Source: Anolis carolinensis
Lineage: Eukaryota
Direction of reading: 5' to 3'
Assembly: GCF_035594765.1 (NCBI RefSeq)
Contig: NC_085842.1
Location: 103,330,782-103,394,781 of the forward strand
DNA length: 64,000 bases
In this document: one piece after another, positions 63,031-64,000 of the stretch
How the letters are laid out: every line of letters starts with the position of its first letter
Numbering within the stretch: position 1 is the stretch's first letter
Program-made: the position numbers and the translations under genes
The notes under the pieces: model-generated
The model's database searches: none
What the model was told of the DNA's origin: nothing
What the model saw: only the letters and a program-made list of their open reading frames with translations

Positions 63031-64000
63031 AGGGAAGAAATAATAAATTATATTAATCCCTCATCTTAGAAATCAATTAATATTTTGTAAAATGTATTCA
63101 TAAATCAAAGTGATGTGACTTTACCAGGTTTGCCTATCCCCAAACAGTCTTTGATCTGAACTGCTGTTATGTTTGTACATTTTTTCTGACAGCATGCTTG
63201 AAAATACTAGTCATTCTCATCTGTGCAAGGAAAATTAATAAATAATTGGATCTTTGATTGGCTTATCATTTAGCTTTCTGGTTTTCAAATATTAAACATG
63301 ATGTTATTCATATTACCTACTGGCAAATGAAAAGGCCTAAATCATGGTTCTTGAGAAATCTACAACTCTCTGTTTTTAAACTAAAAAATATTAAGTAACA
63401 GATCTTCATTAAGGATTCCACAAGCATCAAGCTAAACCCATTAATCCATTGAAGTTATACATACCTTTAGAAAAATGGATCAATAAAGGTATATAATAAG
63501 AGAAGGCATGATTTTTAATGCAGGGAGTGATAGTGATGGAAAGTCTCACAATGAAGTACAGAACAAGGATATGAAAGAATGCTGATGAGATTCTGGGAAA
63601 TGCAAAAAAGTTGAATTATTTGTCACATCCCTACTTGAATATAAGCCCCACTGATTTAATGGAACCTGTTCCCGGCAAGCAGGGATATGATTGTGACTTT
63701 CTAACTGAGCTATATTAATATTTATTTAAAATATGGATGGCTTATTTCTAGGAAAGATGGGTATAGTACTGTGATTGTGGGGCACATTGTTTCATATGGT
63801 TATTCCTACTATTAGTCCATCATATATTCTGTGAATTTACTTCCCTAATGCAGTAAAACATAAGTTTTTTTGTTCCCACTCCTACATTCATGACAGCAAT
63901 TAACAGACCTGCTTCTATAATTATGACATTTACCCATAGATAGAAATATGTTTGCTTTCCATCAAGAACAGAATGATGTTATTCAGAGCATCATCATCTC

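Overview
AT-rich vertebrate genomic DNA, probably intergenic or intronic. The repeat repertoire (Sauria SINE, Vingi LINE with its partner SINE, RTE, L2, CR1, L1, Penelope-like elements, hAT/mariner/Harbinger MITEs) suggests a squamate, most likely an Anolis-type lizard (inference). I found no host protein-coding exon I can support; every recognisable ORF is transposon-derived. Main elements: (1) a Neptune-type Penelope-like element (RT + GIY-YIG, ~3120-7158) with a 432-bp inverted pseudo-LTR; its inverted arm carries the N-terminal ORF part missing from the main copy; (2) a full-length Vingi LINE (23790-26923, minus) inserted in a mariner-type MITE; (3) a hAT element packed with other TE fragments (30945-34030); (4) a nested stack of putative Helitron > MITE > RTE > SINE (37437-41539). 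Folding by hand shows three kinds of self-cleaving RNA motif. A complete type I hammerhead lies in both pseudo-LTR copies. Minimal hammerheads lie in a second, Poseidon-like Penelope family. An HDV-like double pseudoknot starts at the first nucleotide of the Vingi LINE and recurs, with compensatory changes and without the cleavage-site G, inside a tRNA-headed SINE. None of these folds was computed or tested. Assembly gaps: 18251-18379 and 46543-46697.
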